This document shows positions 18,784 through 29,342 of a stretch of DNA of 61,508 bases, piece after piece. Position 1 is the stretch's first letter. Each line of letters opens with the position of its first letter. Source of the stretch: Kiritimatiellia bacterium (GTDB lineage Bacteria > Verrucomicrobiota > Kiritimatiellia > RFP12 > UBA1067). The translations under genes and the position numbers were made by a program. The DNA lies in the NCBI GenBank assembly GCA_017563185.1, contig JAFXIL010000123.1, forward strand, positions 1 through 61,508, written 5' to 3'. The notes below the pieces were generated by a model, which was not told the origin of the DNA, did not search any database, and saw nothing but the letters and a program-made list of their open reading frames with translations.

Positions 18784-20463
18784 ATGAAGCACGCAGTTAT
18801 TGTCTCGTTTGCAATGATGGCCGCAGTGGCGGCCGCAGAAGACGTCGTAAAGGCGTCTTCGTTTGGATTCGACTCCGTTGACTCGACGGACGCACTTCAA
18901 AAGGCGCTCGACTCGGGCGCGAAGAAAATTGTCATCGACGCCCAGTCTTCGCCGTGGATCACGCGCCCGCTCTTCGTGCGCTCGAACTGCGAGATCGTGT
19001 TCGAGCGCGGCGCGGAGGTAGTGGCGAAGAAAGGCGAATTCCTCGGCAAGAACGATTCGCTCTTTACGCTCAAATGCTGCGAGAACGTCAAGATCAGCGG
19101 CTACGGCGCCGTTCTGCGCATGCGCCGTGCGGACTACGCGGCGGCTCCATACGTCAAGGCAGAATGGCGCATGAGCCTCAACCTCCTCAGCTGTCGCAAC
19201 GTCACGATCGAGGGCCTCGCGCTCGTGGAGTCGGGCGGAGACGGCGTATACCTGGGCGTGGCGAGAGAGAACGGACCCTGCCGCGACATCGTTCTGCGCG
19301 ACATCGTGTGCGACCGCCACTACCGCCAGGGCATCAGCGTGATCTCCGCGCGCAACCTGCTAATCGAACGTTGCACCCTTCGCGGCACTGCCGGCACAGC
19401 TCCCGCCGCGGGCATCGACTTTGAACCGAACCGCCCCGGCGAGGAGCTTTCCGACATCGTAATGCGCGACTGCATCGTCACCAGCAACCACGGCGCCGGC
19501 ATACAGTTCTACCTCGGCCAGCTCAACGCCTCGTCAAAACCCGTCTCCGTCAAGATTCTCAACTGCATCTCAACCGGCAACTCGCGCGGCTTCTGGCTGG
19601 GGAATGGACGCGAACACGCCTTCGTGCGGGGCAGCGTGACGTGCGAGAACAGCTTTTTCGCAACGAAGAACGCGCCCGCAACATACATCCCTCCAACGTC
19701 TGGCGACTCAGTCGCCGTCTCGTTCAAGAACTGTCGCCTCGTTGACTTCCAGGCTCTGCATTCGCTCCTCGAAAAGGCCCCGGCCCGCCGCGAGTTCAAC
19801 CCAGCCGCCGCACATCCTTTCGATGCCCGCCCCGGTGAACTCGTGCGCCTTAGCCCCTTCCGCTTCCGCAACGGCGTCACATACCGTTTCTACATGACCG
19901 CACCCGGCGAGGCGAAGTTCTCCGGACGTTTCACAAAGGTCGGCAAGCCGGACTTCAAGGCCGAGCCCGTGGTGTTCAAGGACGCGGAAGGCAAAACCTG
20001 CGCCACCGCCTCCATCAACGGCACCGATGAAACGCCGTTCTCTTTCAAGGCGGAGAAAGCAGGCTTCTACACGATGACCGCAAAAGCCGGATCGCACGCC
20101 TTCGGCCTTTCAGCCGCTTCCGTGCCGATAGCGGTTGTGCCGTCCGGACCCGTCCGCTCCATCTACGCAACCACGGGGACGCTTTTCTTCCGCGCCGCGG
20201 AGGATACGCCGTTCGTCATAGCCGTCTCGGGCGACAACGCCAAAGAGCGAGTGCGCGCGAAGGCGGCGGATCCTTCGGGGAACATGGTGTGGGAGGCAGA
20301 CCAGATCTTCGACTGGACGGCGTACTCCTCGGGCAAGCGTCCCGCTGCCGGCCTATGGCAAGTCACGTTCGCCCACCCCACGGGACACGCCTTCGAAGAC
20401 TTCTCGATTCTGCTTCAGGGCGCCGTGCCTGAATTCTTCCTCACTCCCGAAAAATGCTGGTGA
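18784..20463 (+). CDS. Secreted right-handed beta-helix (pectin-lyase-like) protein
   Basis: DSTDALQKALD, GGDGVYLG, RQGISVIS, AGIDFEPN motifs; signal peptide. Confidence 0.85.
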   Translation: MKHAVIVSFAMMAAVAAAEDVVKASSFGFDSVDSTDALQKALDSGAKKIVIDAQSSPWITRPLFVRSNCEIVFERGAEVVAKKGEFLGKNDSLFTLKCCENVKISGYGAVLRMRRADYAAAPYVKAEWRMSLNLLSCRNVTIEGLALVESGGDGVYLGVARENGPCRDIVLRDIVCDRHYRQGISVISARNLLIERCTLRGTAGTAPAAGIDFEPNRPGEELSDIVMRDCIVTSNHGAGIQFYLGQLNASSKPVSVKILNCISTGNSRGFWLGNGREHAFVRGSVTCENSFFATKNAPATYIPPTSGDSVAVSFKNCRLVDFQALHSLLEKAPARREFNPAAAHPFDARPGELVRLSPFRFRNGVTYRFYMTAPGEAKFSGRFTKVGKPDFKAEPVVFKDAEGKTCATASINGTDETPFSFKAEKAGFYTMTAKAGSHAFGLSAASVPIAVVPSGPVRSIYATTGTLFFRAAEDTPFVIAVSGDNAKERVRAKAADPSGNMVWEADQIFDWTAYSSGKRPAAGLWQVTFAHPTGHAFEDFSILLQGAVPEFFLTPEKCW

Positions 20464-20501
20464 CATTTTCAGATGGCGCAATGATCTCCACATTTCCGCC
20501 C

Positions 20502-22508
20502 TCAGCGCATGCGGCGCAGGACGAGCGCGGTGCGAGCGGGCAGGTACAGGCGCACATAGGCAGCGCGCGCGCCGTCTTCTTCGATCACTTCCGGCGTGAA
20601 CGTCTGGCCTGGCACGATGCGCCCTTCTCCGCCGAAGCGCGGCTCGTCGGTGTCGAGCGCTAGGCGCCATCTGCCGCCCTCCGGCACGCGTATGCCGTAG
20701 CCGGTGAACGACTGCGACGGATTGAAGTTGAAGACGAAAAGCAGCTTCCCCCGCCTGAACGCAAGCACCTTGTCGCCTTCATGGGCGCATACGCGCTCGG
20801 GCTCGCCAAGGGCGCAGCCAACTGTTTTCAGCATCGCCGCGTCAAAGTCGCCGAGGGCCTTGAAGCGAAGGCGCGGGTCGTCGCGCAGCGACCATTGCCG
20901 GCGAGCATGATGGTAGCTCCAGCCGTTCTCGGCGCGCGGGAAGTCGATCCACTCGGGGTGGCCGAACTCGTTGCCCATGAAGTTGAGGTACGCGTCGCGC
21001 GCAAGACCGCGCGTGGCGAGGCGCGCCATCTTGTGGAGGGCCATGCCGCGAGCGATCACAAGGCTATGCTGGTCAATGCCCATGCCGTCGTACACGGCGG
21101 CGTCCACAAGCTGGAAGAAGAACGTCTTGCCGCCCACGAGCGCCTGGTCGTGGCTCTCGACGTACGACACCACCTTCTCCTCGGCGCGCTTGTTGGTGAG
21201 CTCCCAGTAGATGCCGCCCATGCTCCAGTCCTCGTCGCGCACCTTCTCGGCGATACGGAACCAGTAGTCGGGCACGCCCATGGCCATGCGGTAGTCGAAG
21301 CCGAGACCGCAGTCGGAGAGAGGTGCGGCGCAGCCGGGAAGGCCGCTAACGTCCTCGGCGATCGTGAGGGCGGCGGGATTGACCTCGTGTATGACGCGAT
21401 TGGCAAGAGCGAGATAGCACCATGCGTCGTCGTCCATCGAGCCGTCGAAGTAGTGGGCGTAGTCGGTGAAGGCGCGGCCGAGGCCGTGGTCCCAGTAGAG
21501 CATCGACGTGACACCGTCGAAGCGGAAGCCGTCGAAGCGGTATTCGTCTAGCCAAAAGCGGCAATTGGAGAGGAGAAAGTGCAGCACCTCGGTCTTGCCA
21601 TAGTCGAAGCAGCGAGAGTCCCACGCCGAATGCCAGCCCTTGGGCCCGTCGTGGAAATACTGGTACGGCGTGCCGTCGAAGAGGGAGAGTCCGTCGCGCT
21701 CGTTCTTCACGGCGTGGGAGTGGACGATGTCCATTATCACCCTAAGGCCCATTCCGTGCGCCTCGTCCACGAGCGATTTGAGGTCCTCCGGCGTTCCGAA
21801 GCGCGAGCTCGCCGCGAAGAAGCTCGACACGTGGTATCCAAAGCTGCCGTAGTACGGATGCTCCATCACGGCCATGAGCTGCACGGTGTTGTATCCGGCC
21901 GCCTTGATGCGGGGAAGCATGTTGTCGCGGAACTCGGCGTATGTGGCCACGCGCCCTTCTTCGGACGCCATGCCGACGTGCGCCTCGTAGATGATCGGGG
22001 GGCCAGGAACCCTGGGTGGAGAATTCTTCCAGACGTATGGCTGCTTCGGCGCCCACACCTGCGCGCTGAAGAGATTGGTGGAGGCGTCCTGCACAACGCG
22101 CCGCGCGTAGGCGGGGATGCGCTCTCCGCCGCCGCCTGGCCAGCGCGTCTCAAGGCGGTAGAACTGACCGTGGAGAATGGCGCGCGCGGGGAAGGTGCCG
22201 GTCCACACGCCGCTGCGTGCGCGCCTGAGCTTGAAGCGCGGCTGGAGCTGCCAGCCGGAGAAATCGCCCACAAGCCACATCTCGGTGGCGTTTGGCGCCC
22301 ATTAGCGGAACGTCCAGCCGCGTTTCGTGCGATGGAGCCCGAAGTACTCATGGGCGCTTGCCCAGTCGGCAAGCGACGTGCCGCCCGCCACAAGCTCGGC
22401 CGCGCGTGAGCGGGCATGCGCGGCTCGTCCGCGCACTGCCTCCGCGTAGGGGGCGAGATAGGGGTCGTCAAGCAGATATGGACGCTTCCTCTTAGAATCA
22501 CGCTTCAT
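20502..22508 (-). pseudogene. glgB: 1,4-alpha-glucan branching enzyme (GH13, eukaryote-like) interrupted by an in-frame TAA at 22302-22304
   Basis: GWTFR*WAPNA where FREWAP is expected; YEAHVG, FDGFRFDGVTSM, ESHDQ, NFMGNEFGHPEWIDFPR. Confidence 0.9.
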
Positions 22509-22597
22509 GTGCTTCTCCATTCGGCGCATATTCTACAAAATCCCCGGTCCTCATGTCAACATTGCCATTGCGCCGCGGAATGTGCTAAAATAGTGCC

Positions 22598-24613
22598 ATG
22601 AATAACTTTCGCATCATAGCGGCCGCGCTTCTGACGGCCGCCGCGGCCGTGGCGCAGACGGCGAAGCCGACTTCAATATGGGCCATGCCCAACATCTGGC
22701 CGCGCCATCGCCAGCTGCGCGCCGAGCTGATGGCCGCCATCTACCGCGGCGACATTCCCGCTATGGAGGCCACATGCCGCGCCGCCATCCTGATCATGCC
22801 GGACGACGCGACCTGGCACTACAACCTCGCCTGCGCCCTCGCATACCGCGAAGATCCCACCGAGGCGCTCGACGAGCTGGAGAAGGCCATCGACTTCGGT
22901 TTCCGCAAGGCGGACGCCATCGCCGTCGACAAGGACTTCGCCCGCATCAAGGACAATCCCCGCTTCCAGACACTCGTGGAAAAGGCGCGCTCCCTCGCCG
23001 GCAAGCCATTCGTGAATCGCCCCACGCCCACCCCTCGCTACGCCACCGCCGGCGCCAGCGTCACCCTCTCCGAGACAAACCTCGTCTGGAATTTCGACGC
23101 CGGCGTGTTCGACGCCCTGCTAAAGCTCAACCATCCCACCACTCCAGTCGCCCAGCTTGCGCCTTCCTTCTCCAAGTCAAGGCCCGCCGCACCAGAAGTG
23201 CCCTTCGTTGTGAAGTACCTCGGCGACGAGACCGGCGCAGGAAACGCCGGCGACATATACATCAACCGCGATCGCGGCCACTCCGTGATCCCCGTAGGCG
23301 ACTACCCGCAGCTGACGACGGTGCGCTATCCGAATTCCGCACGCGCCACCGATGCGGACATCAACCACCCCAACGCCCTCTTCTCCAACCCCGTCTTCGG
23401 CAACATCTCGCGCGGCTACACCCAGGGTCCCTACTGGCGCTCCATGGCCAGGCACACCTTCACCGAACCAGGTCTCGCCGCGCGCATGGACCTTCTCTAC
23501 CGCAACAACCAGTTCTGGGTGATTCCCTGCGTGAACGACTTCGGCAAGCCGCAAATCGGCGACATCTTCCCGGCAAACGCTCCGTTCCAGTTCGTAACCG
23601 TGGGCGCGTCCTGGACCGACAAGCCCTTCGTCTGCGCCGCCCTTGCCGCGTCAGCGTCCTTCCAGCCCGTCACCAAGGAATCCATCATCCGCCGCCACCT
23701 CATGGGCCCCACCATCCAATGGCTTCTGCGCAGCACGCAGAAAGGCGTCTACACAGAAGAGGCGTATCTCACATCCATCGCCCATCCCACCGCATTCGCC
23801 CTCAGCCGCCTCGACACAGTGCGCCTTGTGAAGACCGCACACGACCTCACCCCCGACAAGGTGCCGCCTACAGTGTCGCTCTCCATCATCAACTCGCGCC
23901 TATTCCCCGTAAAATTCTACCGTCCCGGACGCGACTATCCAGACGTGATGCCGGAGCTTCTGATGTCCACCCCCTCCGCCATCGCCTTCGTGATGCGCGC
24001 CCCCGAGCGCCGCCGCACTTTCCTATTCCGCGCGCAGTCATTCCCCGAGAAGGATCCAGAGACCGTGTTCGCATGGCGCGTCATCAGCGGACACTCCTCC
24101 TGCGTGAAGATCACCGCCCCCACCGGCGAGACCCTCAACACTCCTGAACGCGGATTCGCGCAGATCGAGATCGACCGCCTCTCCGTCACAAGCCGTGTGG
24201 ACGTTGCCTGCTTCGCGAAGTCGCGCGGCACCACGTTCGGCGCCCCGGCCATCATATCGTTCAATCCCGTCTCGCTCGAAAAGCGCGCCTACCGCGCAGA
24301 CGGACAGATCGACTACATCGACTACGAGAACAGGGCTTACAACTACTGCGACCCGCGAATCGCCATGCCCCGCAACTGGAAGGACGTGTACGACTACTCG
24401 CCCGAAGGCAAACCGCTCGGCTTCACGCGCTACATCGCCAAGAAGGCCACGGCCTCGTTCACGCGCACAGGCGAACGAATCGTTGAGAAGAACGAAGACG
24501 GCACACCCAAGAAACTTGTGCGCGTACGCTACCTCATGCGCAAGACAGGCGACAACTTCCAGCCCTATGAGCTCACCTACACCGACGAAGGCGAGCCGTT
24601 TGACGCGAAGTGA
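22598..24613 (+). CDS. Secreted TPR-containing hypothetical protein
   Basis: Signal peptide; WHYNLACALA...LEKAIDFGF TPR motif. Confidence 0.75.
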   Translation: MNNFRIIAAALLTAAAAVAQTAKPTSIWAMPNIWPRHRQLRAELMAAIYRGDIPAMEATCRAAILIMPDDATWHYNLACALAYREDPTEALDELEKAIDFGFRKADAIAVDKDFARIKDNPRFQTLVEKARSLAGKPFVNRPTPTPRYATAGASVTLSETNLVWNFDAGVFDALLKLNHPTTPVAQLAPSFSKSRPAAPEVPFVVKYLGDETGAGNAGDIYINRDRGHSVIPVGDYPQLTTVRYPNSARATDADINHPNALFSNPVFGNISRGYTQGPYWRSMARHTFTEPGLAARMDLLYRNNQFWVIPCVNDFGKPQIGDIFPANAPFQFVTVGASWTDKPFVCAALAASASFQPVTKESIIRRHLMGPTIQWLLRSTQKGVYTEEAYLTSIAHPTAFALSRLDTVRLVKTAHDLTPDKVPPTVSLSIINSRLFPVKFYRPGRDYPDVMPELLMSTPSAIAFVMRAPERRRTFLFRAQSFPEKDPETVFAWRVISGHSSCVKITAPTGETLNTPERGFAQIEIDRLSVTSRVDVACFAKSRGTTFGAPAIISFNPVSLEKRAYRADGQIDYIDYENRAYNYCDPRIAMPRNWKDVYDYSPEGKPLGFTRYIAKKATASFTRTGERIVEKNEDGTPKKLVRVRYLMRKTGDNFQPYELTYTDEGEPFDAK

Positions 24614-24651
24614 GCGGTTCGCGGCCCGGGGGTCAGAGCCACACTAAACAA

Positions 24652-25446
24652 TTACTTGGCTGGTTCCCAGCGCAGGCCGCCGAGACGCAACGCGAAGCGG
24701 CGCACGCCGTTGAAGCGGGTGTTGCGCTTTGACCAGTCGCGGTCGTTGCGGCAGTTGCGCAGATAGCTTGCAACGGCGACGACGCGCCCGCGGGTGTCGA
24801 TGACGGGGCTGCCGCTGTTGCCCGCCGTGAATGCGGCGTCAATCTCTATCTCCGCGGGGCCAACGCCGAGGATGCGTCCGTTGATCTCGGTGATCACGCC
24901 TCGTCCGTCGCTGTTGCCCAGCACAGTCACCCGCTCGCCCACGCCAGGAAGGCCAGGACGCAGCTCCAGAGCGGGGCGCGCGGCGATCGCGAAGCGTGCG
25001 AGGTCGCGCCCCACGGCATACTCGCGCGCACCGAGGGCAAGCGTTGTACCGTCGAGCATCGTGGCGCGCACGACAGGACGGTCCCGCACAACGTGCGCAT
25101 TCGTGTACAGCCAAGTGCGGTTGCCCTCGCGCAGCACGAAACCAGTGGCGGCGTTGGGACCGGAAACGACCACGGCCAGCATGTTCTTCGCTGCGTCGAA
25201 TGCGTCATGGCGCTTGCTGCGGAAGGCCTCGCCGGAGAACAGCCCCGGGCCGTCGCCCCATTCCCAGCGGATGCTGCCGAAGATGTTCGAGATTGTGGCG
25301 CCGAAGTCGGCCGTGACCGCGGGTCTGCGCGGCGGAGGCGCAGGCTTGGCGCGCACGGGAACGGCGCTCATGCGCGCGGGCTGCTGCGCCGGCACGGACG
25401 GCGCAACGGCCAGCACGAGCGCCGTCAACATGAAGAGGCGCTTCAC
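24652..25446 (-). CDS. Trypsin-like serine protease, secreted
   Basis: TNAHV / DLA / GNSGSPV triad; GTG start overlaps the upstream stop (GTGA). Confidence 0.85.
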   Translation of the reverse strand: MKRLFMLTALVLAVAPSVPAQQPARMSAVPVRAKPAPPPRRPAVTADFGATISNIFGSIRWEWGDGPGLFSGEAFRSKRHDAFDAAKNMLAVVVSGPNAATGFVLREGNRTWLYTNAHVVRDRPVVRATMLDGTTLALGAREYAVGRDLARFAIAARPALELRPGLPGVGERVTVLGNSDGRGVITEINGRILGVGPAEIEIDAAFTAGNSGSPVIDTRGRVVAVASYLRNCRNDRDWSKRNTRFNGVRRFALRLGGLRWEPAK

Positions 25447-26864
25447 GCCTTTGCCGGCGCGGCGGGCGCCGGTGCTGCGGGGGCTGCAGGAGCAGGCGTC
25501 GCGGCAGGACGCGGCGGCACCTTGAAGTCCTCGGGCTTGAAGTAGTGGGTCTTGTGCGTGTCGGCCGAGACGTTGGCGGCAAGCACTGCGACTGCGCTCT
25601 CGTATGCGAGCTCTGCAGGGCAGTTGAGCTTCTCGCCGTGGCGGCACGCCGCAAAGAAGTTCTCGAGATGCGGCATGTGCGCGGGCTTGTTCAGCTCCAC
25701 GCTGATGGGATTGCCTTCCGAGAGCGCGGTGATGCGCGTGTCAACCGAGACGTCCTTGGGCGTGTCTTTCTTGATCTTGTCGTCCGCGCCGGGAAGGATG
25801 AGGCCCCTGTCGATGAAGCCGCGCCACTCCTCGTTGGTCCATCCGTTTACGGAGTTGCCGAGGTCGCGCTGCACGGCATTGCCGCGGGCCGTGATCTCGG
25901 CGATCGTGAGGGCGGCCTTCTCGCCCATGAACTGCTCGTAGAATCCTCCGCGCGCGTTGGACGAGAGCACCTGGTAGTACGCCTCGTTCTTGGTGCCGTC
26001 CGGCAACGTGAACTCATAGATGCACATCACGCGGTCATACGCCTCGCGGCGCGGAGAGAAGGCGTCCTTGCCGCCGATCGCGGTGACGCTGGAGGGCGGC
26101 ACGCCCATCGCCCAGATGAACATGTCGATCTGATGCGAGCCGAGGTCGACCATCGAGCCGCCGCCGTGCTTGTAGAACCAGCGCCAGTTGAGGAACTGCT
26201 CGGGGTTCTTGTAGCCGTACTTGTCCAGCACCGACTGCTTCGGCGGCTTCTTGACGGTGTTGAACGGCAGAAGGGAGCGATTCCACTGCGCGTATGCGTT
26301 CGTCACGCGCCCCAGCATCTGGGGGATTACCTTCTCGAAGCAGTGGCGGTAGCGGGGATTGGAGCGGCGCTGGTGGCCGATCTGCAGCAGCCTGCCCGTC
26401 TCCTTCTGCACGCGGCACATCTCGGCGGCGAGCTCGAGGCGGTTGGACATCTCCTTCTCGCAGTAGACGTGCTTGCCGGCGCGCATGCACGCGCAAGCAT
26501 GCTCGCAGTGCATCCAGTCTGGCGTTGCCACCACCACGGCGTCGATGTTCTTGTCCTCCTTCTCGAGCATCTCGCGGTAGTCTTCGTACGTCTTCACCTC
26601 GTGGCCGTAGCTCTTGAAGAAGCCCCTTGCGCGCTGCTGTTCGAACTTCCAGATGTCGCATACTGCGCGCACCCGCACGCCAGGTATGCGCACAAGCGAC
26701 TCAGAAAGCACCTTCGCCTCGGCTCCAAAGCCGATGAGCGCCACGTTGATGTCGTCGTCCTTCGGGCCGATGGTGATGTCCTTGGCGCTGAGAATGCTAA
26801 AGCTGGGCAGGAATGTGGCCGCGGCTGCGGCGCCCTTCATGAATCCACGTCTGCTTGATTCCAT
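25443..26864 (-). CDS. Tat-exported Gfo/Idh/MocA oxidoreductase
   Basis: SRRGFMK twin-arginine signal; VATPDWMH, HVYCEK, QIGHQRRS, DLGSHQID. Confidence 0.9.
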   Translation of the reverse strand: MESSRRGFMKGAAAAATFLPSFSILSAKDITIGPKDDDINVALIGFGAEAKVLSESLVRIPGVRVRAVCDIWKFEQQRARGFFKSYGHEVKTYEDYREMLEKEDKNIDAVVVATPDWMHCEHACACMRAGKHVYCEKEMSNRLELAAEMCRVQKETGRLLQIGHQRRSNPRYRHCFEKVIPQMLGRVTNAYAQWNRSLLPFNTVKKPPKQSVLDKYGYKNPEQFLNWRWFYKHGGGSMVDLGSHQIDMFIWAMGVPPSSVTAIGGKDAFSPRREAYDRVMCIYEFTLPDGTKNEAYYQVLSSNARGGFYEQFMGEKAALTIAEITARGNAVQRDLGNSVNGWTNEEWRGFIDRGLILPGADDKIKKDTPKDVSVDTRITALSEGNPISVELNKPAHMPHLENFFAACRHGEKLNCPAELAYESAVAVLAANVSADTHKTHYFKPEDFKVPPRPAATPAPAAPAAPAPAAPAKA

Positions 26865-26889
26865 GGTCTTTTCCTCTTTCGGTTTTCGT

Positions 26890-28494
26890 TTACATTCGCG
26901 TGTAGCGCGGCCCGTCGCCGCCCTGGGGGAAGGTCCAGTCGATGTTCTCGAACGGACACTTGATCTTGCACGTCTTGCAGTGCAGGCAGTTCGAAAAGTC
27001 GATCTGCAGGCGCTCGCCCTCGCGGCGGTACACCTCGGCCGGGCAGAAGCGCGTGCAGGGCGAGCCGTACGTCGCCTCGCACTCGGCGCACTTCGACGGA
27101 TCGCGCAGCCTGAGGTGGCATGGCTGGTCCTCTTCATGCACGGTGCCGCTCATGAAGACGTCGGTAAGACGGTCCGGCTGCGTTGGCGCCGCCTCCACGT
27201 CGTCCGCCGCCTCGCGCTCGAGCGCGCCCTTCTCAAGCGGCTTCATCGCCTTCGCGTCGCCTTCGTCGCAGCCCGGCACGCGGAAGTTCGGGAACTTGCC
27301 GCACGTCATCCACGCGAGGCCCGCCGCCATCACGCCGTACGGCATGCCCCAGGAGAACGACGCGCGCACGTTCCTCACGCGCTCCATCTCCTTCCACCCA
27401 GTCGTGGACTTCAGAAGCTCGAAGTACTTTGGCCCCGCCTCGCCCGAGCCCGCAAGCTCGCCGAGCATCGCCGCCGCCGCTACCTGCGCGCTCTGGAACG
27501 CGATGTGCACGCCCTTGATGCGAAGGGAGTCCACCAGCCCCGCGCCGTCGCCCACGATCAGACAGCCCGGCACGTAGGGCGTGGGCACAGAGTAGAAACC
27601 TCCCTCGGGAATCACCTTCGCGCCGTATGCCACGGACTTCCCGCCCTTGATGTGCGGCGCAACCGCGCTAGACGACTTGAAGCGGCGGAAAAGCCTGAAC
27701 GGATCGATCTCGGCGCGCGCGTAGTCGAGCGCGTACGCATAGCCCACCATCACCTGCGTCTCGGAGACGTGGTACACGAACCCGCCGCCGTACGTGTTGA
27801 AGTCGGCCGGCCAGCCGAACGTGTGCATCACCTCGCCAGCGGTCTGCGTGCCGGACGGCACCTCGATCAGCTCCTTGATGGCGATGGCGTATGTTGGCGG
27901 GCGCACGCCCTGAAGCTTCTTTTCCGCGATCAGCTTGTCGGTGAGGATGCCGCAGCCGCCTTCCGCGAGAACCGTGACCTTCGCGCGTATCTCCTCCGAC
28001 GCGAGATAGTTGCTCTTCTTGGCGCCGTTCTTGTCGAGCCCCTTCTCGCCCGTGCGCGCGCCGACTATGCGCCCGTCCTTCTCAACGAGCTCCGTGACCG
28101 CGTAGCCCGTGTAGAACTCCGCGCCCTCCTTCTGCGCTATCTGCGCGAGATAGGCCGTCACCTTCGTGAGCGACACAACAGGGAAGTCCTTCGAGCTCAT
28201 CAGCTGCGGCACCCAGGGAATCTTCACGGAGAAGCCGCGCGTCATGTTGCAGCGGAACGACTCCTTCACCACCTTCGCCTCGCACGGCAGCTTCGCCACC
28301 TCCTCGTCGGTGAGCAGACCCTTGAACCCGCTTGGGTCTATGATGGCGCCGGAAAGGACATGCGAACCGGGCGAACGACCTTTGTCAAGCACCACGACGC
28401 GCGGCTTCTCGCCGCTTGCCCTGCGCCTGAGCGCGATCGCGGTGGCAAGCCCGGCGGGCCCCGCACCTATGACAAGTATGTCTGTTTCAATCAT
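26890..28494 (-). CDS. ETF:quinone oxidoreductase with C-terminal 4Fe-4S domain
   Basis: GAGPAGL FAD motif, HVLSGA, FCPAEVY, NCLHCKTC.IKCP. Confidence 0.93.
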   Translation of the reverse strand: MIETDILVIGAGPAGLATAIALRRRASGEKPRVVVLDKGRSPGSHVLSGAIIDPSGFKGLLTDEEVAKLPCEAKVVKESFRCNMTRGFSVKIPWVPQLMSSKDFPVVSLTKVTAYLAQIAQKEGAEFYTGYAVTELVEKDGRIVGARTGEKGLDKNGAKKSNYLASEEIRAKVTVLAEGGCGILTDKLIAEKKLQGVRPPTYAIAIKELIEVPSGTQTAGEVMHTFGWPADFNTYGGGFVYHVSETQVMVGYAYALDYARAEIDPFRLFRRFKSSSAVAPHIKGGKSVAYGAKVIPEGGFYSVPTPYVPGCLIVGDGAGLVDSLRIKGVHIAFQSAQVAAAAMLGELAGSGEAGPKYFELLKSTTGWKEMERVRNVRASFSWGMPYGVMAAGLAWMTCGKFPNFRVPGCDEGDAKAMKPLEKGALEREAADDVEAAPTQPDRLTDVFMSGTVHEEDQPCHLRLRDPSKCAECEATYGSPCTRFCPAEVYRREGERLQIDFSNCLHCKTCKIKCPFENIDWTFPQGGDGPRYTRM

Positions 28495-28516
28495 CTGCCT
28501 ATCTCCGAGTGACGAT

Positions 28517-29326
28517 TTATTTTACCATATTCCGCCGCGAATTGCGAGAACGGCTTGCAGAGCGGAGAACCTCGGGCGAGCGGGACGCCAGAAGCCCCGC
28601 GCCATGCAGGGTGAGGGTGGCGTCCACCGTGAACGGCATTCCGCTGCCCTTCAGCACCCACTTCGCGAACCCGCCCGTGGCCACAAGCCGGAAGTCCGTG
28701 GAGAAGTTCGCCGCGAGCGTGCCCACTATCTCCCGCACCATCCCCCTGTATCCCACGTACGCGCCGAAGCGCATCGCCTCCTCAGTGGACCTTCCGATGC
28801 GCGGGCATCTCCCGCCCAGCTTCATGCGCGGCAGCTTCGCCGTGCGCTCGTAGAGATAGTCGCGCATGAGCGGGAACCCGGGCGCGATCACGCCTCCGCG
28901 CCACATGCGGTCTGCCGTGACGGCTGCCGCGGTGAACGCAGTTCCGAAGTCGCACACCACCACCGGCGCGCCGTAGCGGTCAACCGCCGCCGCGGCGTCG
29001 GCAAGGCGGTCCGCGCCAATCGTCTCGGGACGCGGATAGTCTAGCCGCAGCCCCAGCAGAGGCGGCGCCACCTGAGAGAAAAGCTCGTGCGTTATCGGCA
29101 CGAAGGGGAGTGCGAGCGTCTTCGCGAGGCGCCGCCACGCGGCATCGGCCTTCGGCACCACAGAGAGGTAGGCCATTGCGCACGCGCCGGCGGACGCCAT
29201 CGCGCGCACCTTCGCAGACGCGCCCGCGAAACCGTCGTCGCAGTGCGCAACGCAGGTCACGCGGCCGTCGGACCATTTGCCGACGGCCGTGGAGGTGTTG
29301 CCCACGTCAACAACGACAAGCTTCAT
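28517..29326 (-). CDS. coaX: Type III pantothenate kinase
   Basis: DVGNT, IGADR, DFGTA.T, GG.IAPG, ATGG motifs. Confidence 0.93.
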   Translation of the reverse strand: MKLVVVDVGNTSTAVGKWSDGRVTCVAHCDDGFAGASAKVRAMASAGACAMAYLSVVPKADAAWRRLAKTLALPFVPITHELFSQVAPPLLGLRLDYPRPETIGADRLADAAAAVDRYGAPVVVCDFGTAFTAAAVTADRMWRGGVIAPGFPLMRDYLYERTAKLPRMKLGGRCPRIGRSTEEAMRFGAYVGYRGMVREIVGTLAANFSTDFRLVATGGFAKWVLKGSGMPFTVDATLTLHGAGLLASRSPEVLRSASRSRNSRRNMVK

Positions 29327-29342
29327 CGCAAGTCGCCCTTTT

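Noticed and set aside
22302-22304. Stop-codon reassignment or Sec/Pyl readthrough in glgB
   Set aside because: It is a single TAA one base from the expected GAA, and TAA terminates other genes normally here.
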